Below the pieces are notes generated by a model that made no database searches, was not told where the DNA came from, and saw only the letters and a list, made by a program, of their open reading frames with translations. Source: an uncultured delta proteobacterium (GTDB lineage: Bacteria > Desulfobacterota > BSN033 > UBA1163). From it: 64,000 bases of DNA. Both the position numbers and the translations under genes were made by a program. The DNA lies in contig CAVPSJ010000004.1 of assembly GCA_963708295.1 (NCBI GenBank), positions 160,001 through 224,000 of the forward strand. The letters are read 5' to 3'. This document shows positions 61,556 to 64,000 of this stretch, one piece after another (position 1 is the stretch's first letter; every line of letters starts with the position of its first letter).

Positions 61556-62875
61556 TTAACAAAGCTTTCTGCTTCCTCCCCTAAAATACCCCTCTGCTTT
61601 TTTGACGGCAGGCCAGAGCCCAAGGTTCATCGGACCGAAGATGATCAGGCTTCTTCTGATGTGGAAGGGGTTGAAGATTCTTTTCAGGATGGAGGGGATG
61701 GAATAAAAAGACCGGTTCACCTTCCAGAATCCTTCTTGGAGTTCTTCGACGGTCATCCGCTTGGGTTGAAAAACGACGGTGGCCATATCATACTTCGACC
61801 AATCCTCCGTTAAAATCCTTCCCTCCTGTTTTAATCTCTGATAAATCCGGGTCCCGGGAAAAGGGGTGAGCAGGGGGAGAAAAGCCCCTTCAATTCGGTT
61901 TCGCTCAGCAAATTCCAGAAACTCATCAAAGACCGCCGGGTCATCATAATCATAACCAAAGACAAAGGAGGCATAGACTCCGATGCCAGCGTCATGAAGT
62001 TTTTGAATTCCTCTTTCATAGGCTCCTACCCGGTTGATTCGCTTCCCCATCAGACTCAGGTTCTCCTCGCGAAGGCTCTCCAATCCGATGAAGAGCCCAT
62101 GACAACCGGCCTTAGCCATCAGGGAAACCATTTCTTCATCTTCCGCAATATGGATCGGTCCCTGGCTCACCCAGCGCAACCGATAATGGGAAAGCATGGT
62201 GAGGAGTTCTTTGGCATGGGAAACGTTCCCAACAAGATTATCATCGACAAAGAAGATGTAGGCCTTTGACCGCTGCAGGGATTGAATCTCTTTTTCAACT
62301 TCGGAGACCGGTCTCATCCGATAGGATCTTCCGTGAAGAGCCGTCACCGAACAGAATTCACAATCATAAGGACAACCCCTTGTGGTCTGGATCAGATTGT
62401 GAAAGAGGTACCCCCTGGAGGGAAAAAGATCTCTTCTCGGAAGCGCAAGGCGGCTGAGGTCTGTTCTCTCCTTCTGGCGATAAAAAGGTTTCATCGTCCC
62501 TTTTTCAGCATCTTCCAACATCTCGCCCCAGACCTCGTCTGCTTCGCCGATGGCCACGCTATCGCAGTGGGCTTTTGCCTCATCCGGAAGCCAGGAGGCG
62601 TGAATGCCCCCCATCACCACCTTTCTCCCTCTTCTTCGAAATTCGTCCGCAATCTCATACCCCCTGGGGGCTAAAGGGGTAATGGCGGTAATCGCGACCA
62701 GGTCCACCTCTTGATCGAAGTCGATCTCGGCAAGGCTTTCATCCACGATGCGGAGTTGATGATTTTCGGGGGTGAGCCCTGCAAGGAGGGAAGTCGAAAG
62801 CAAAGGGAATTTAAATGCGATCACATCCCAGAAACTATCCTTCGGCCATCTGGGAATAATAAAGGCAATCCTCAT
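61556..62875 (-). CDS. B12-binding radical SAM protein (DUF4070/HpnP-like architecture)
   Basis: MGGIHAS, GEAD, TTRGCPYDCEFC, FVDDN, IGLES, TPFPGT. Confidence 0.92.
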   Translation of the reverse strand: MRIAFIIPRWPKDSFWDVIAFKFPLLSTSLLAGLTPENHQLRIVDESLAEIDFDQEVDLVAITAITPLAPRGYEIADEFRRRGRKVVMGGIHASWLPDEAKAHCDSVAIGEADEVWGEMLEDAEKGTMKPFYRQKERTDLSRLALPRRDLFPSRGYLFHNLIQTTRGCPYDCEFCSVTALHGRSYRMRPVSEVEKEIQSLQRSKAYIFFVDDNLVGNVSHAKELLTMLSHYRLRWVSQGPIHIAEDEEMVSLMAKAGCHGLFIGLESLREENLSLMGKRINRVGAYERGIQKLHDAGIGVYASFVFGYDYDDPAVFDEFLEFAERNRIEGAFLPLLTPFPGTRIYQRLKQEGRILTEDWSKYDMATVVFQPKRMTVEELQEGFWKVNRSFYSIPSILKRIFNPFHIRRSLIIFGPMNLGLWPAVKKAEGYFRGGSRKLC

Positions 62876-63486
62876 TCCAGTTTCTTTCCTTTCAAAAACT
62901 GAGCTAACGGTCTGACGTCCACTCCCTCCGGAGCAACCCACTCAAAGGTATCTGCCGGCAGGGGTCGATTGATGGAGATTTCCTTCAATTTCAAGTCGAC
63001 ACGAGTCTCCTTCTCTGGCATCTCGATCAGGATCCGATCCGGAACATCGCTGCCTTCGGGCTTTTCCGCGGAAATCTTAATGTTTGTCTTTGAGATGAGG
63101 TCTCCAAATTCCGAAACTTCCCCGGTGTAAGCCCGATTCTGCAAAGGGCTGAAAAGGAGGAATTCCCCACCCCGGTAAAGAACATCAAATACACCCATTC
63201 CGAAGGGGTGATAGCCCAGGATACGAAGCTTATCCGGTTTCTCGTAGAAGACGACCCCGTTCAGCAGAAATCTGAGTTCCTCGCCTTTTCTCACGGTATC
63301 CAGGCGAATCGACGCCTTTGCCTGAAGAGATTCGGCAGCGGAAAAGGATTCAAGAAATTTAGCCACGGGATCCTTAGCAGGAGGCGCCTCGAAAGAAGGA
63401 ATCTTCGTTAATTTCTTGGGACACCCCGAAAGAAACAGCCCCATCAAAAAGAGACACGGAATCAAAAACCAGAGTCTTCGGATCAT
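62872..63486 (-). CDS. Lipoprotein, LolA/LolB/DUF4292-like
   Basis: Lipobox LSGC; KPDKLRI...PFG; C-terminal N.PL...F...P.G. Confidence 0.6.
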   Translation of the reverse strand: MIRRLWFLIPCLFLMGLFLSGCPKKLTKIPSFEAPPAKDPVAKFLESFSAAESLQAKASIRLDTVRKGEELRFLLNGVVFYEKPDKLRILGYHPFGMGVFDVLYRGGEFLLFSPLQNRAYTGEVSEFGDLISKTNIKISAEKPEGSDVPDRILIEMPEKETRVDLKLKEISINRPLPADTFEWVAPEGVDVRPLAQFLKGKKLE

Positions 63487-63519
63487 CTCAACATTCTCCT
63501 TTAAAATTAATGAAAGTGG

Positions 63520-63622
63520 TCAAGGATTCAAGGGTTCATGGGATCAAGGCATGAAAGAATAAAGACTCTTTTAGTTTCTGCGTTTCACTCAACCCCTCGA
63601 ACCCTAGACTCCTGGAACCCTT
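63520..63622. repeat. Inverted pair of degenerate octamer arrays
   Basis: ggattcaa gggttcat gggatcaa on the left, cccctcga accctaga ctcctgga accct on the right. Confidence 0.5.
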
Positions 63623-63642
63623 CCAGATAACCTTCCAGGTTG

Positions 63643-64000
63643 CTAGTTCGGAGATAACTCTCCTTTCTCGAATCGATTCAGTACAGCATCTGCGGTCAAT
63701 TCCCCTGAAGCCACCACTCCGGCAATCCCTCCTCCCGGCGCTGTCCAATGTCCGGTGAGATAAAGATTTGGGATGGGAGTGGTGCGCGAAAGACGGTAAA
63801 TCCCGGATTGCCTCGGGATCTGTGCCCATCCATAGGCTGCGCCCCACCGATTTCGAGTCCATCGCTCGATCGTCTTCGGAGTCGTCTCTATTTTGACCTT
63901 GATCCGGTTCTCCAGATTGGGGATGAATGCCGATGCCTTGTGGATCAGATGCCGGGACAGTTCGTCCCTGATTTTCCGGCCCCAATCCGGACTGAAGTGA
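63643..64000 (-). CDS. Phytoene desaturase-like FAD oxidoreductase, C-terminal part (enters from window end)
   Basis: Manual translation: ...TTPKTIERWTRNRWGAAYGW...TPIPNLYLTGHWTAPGGGIAGVVASG...; TAG at 63645-63643; different frame from the ORF-track call 63536-63985. Confidence 0.88.
   Translation of the reverse strand, partial: HFSPDWGRKIRDELSRHLIHKASAFIPNLENRIKVKIETTPKTIERWTRNRWGAAYGWAQIPRQSGIYRLSRTTPIPNLYLTGHWTAPGGGIAGVVASGELTADAVLNRFEKGELSPN

Noticed and set aside
63536-63985. 149-aa ORF in the track
   Set aside because: Another frame on the same strand encodes a clear phytoene-desaturase-like C-terminus.
1-64000. CRISPR arrays, tRNA and rRNA genes
   Set aside because: No regularly spaced direct repeats; GGTTCGA hits (~40528, ~44195) lack cloverleaf context; no rRNA-like sequence seen.

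Overview
A 64 kb bacterial window of moderate GC content. Gene content (TRAP/TAXI transporters, class II RNR, B12 radical SAMs, desulforedoxin-like peptide, Pao-type molybdoenzyme) suggests an anaerobic Desulfobacterota/deltaproteobacterium; this is inference. Many genes are broken by single-base indels, most consistent with an under-polished long-read assembly. Main content: housekeeping and transport genes (1-21 kb); an aryl-polyene/flexirubin-like type II PKS/lipid cluster split in two (21.6-35.7 kb and 50.5-53.2 kb) by a ~15 kb mosaic insert carrying a BKACE/TPP-enzyme/TRAP catabolic operon; LemA-DUF2207; paoACB-like genes; many nested palindromic repeats. Top observation: an IS1111-type (IS110 family) element at ~9671-11069 interrupts what looks like a ~410-nt highly structured, pseudoknotted non-coding RNA that I cannot assign to a known class. 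Its two halves base-pair colinearly across the IS, and the IS's own 3' non-coding region has a 12-nt match to the reconstructed insertion site. No rRNA, tRNA or CRISPR array was seen.
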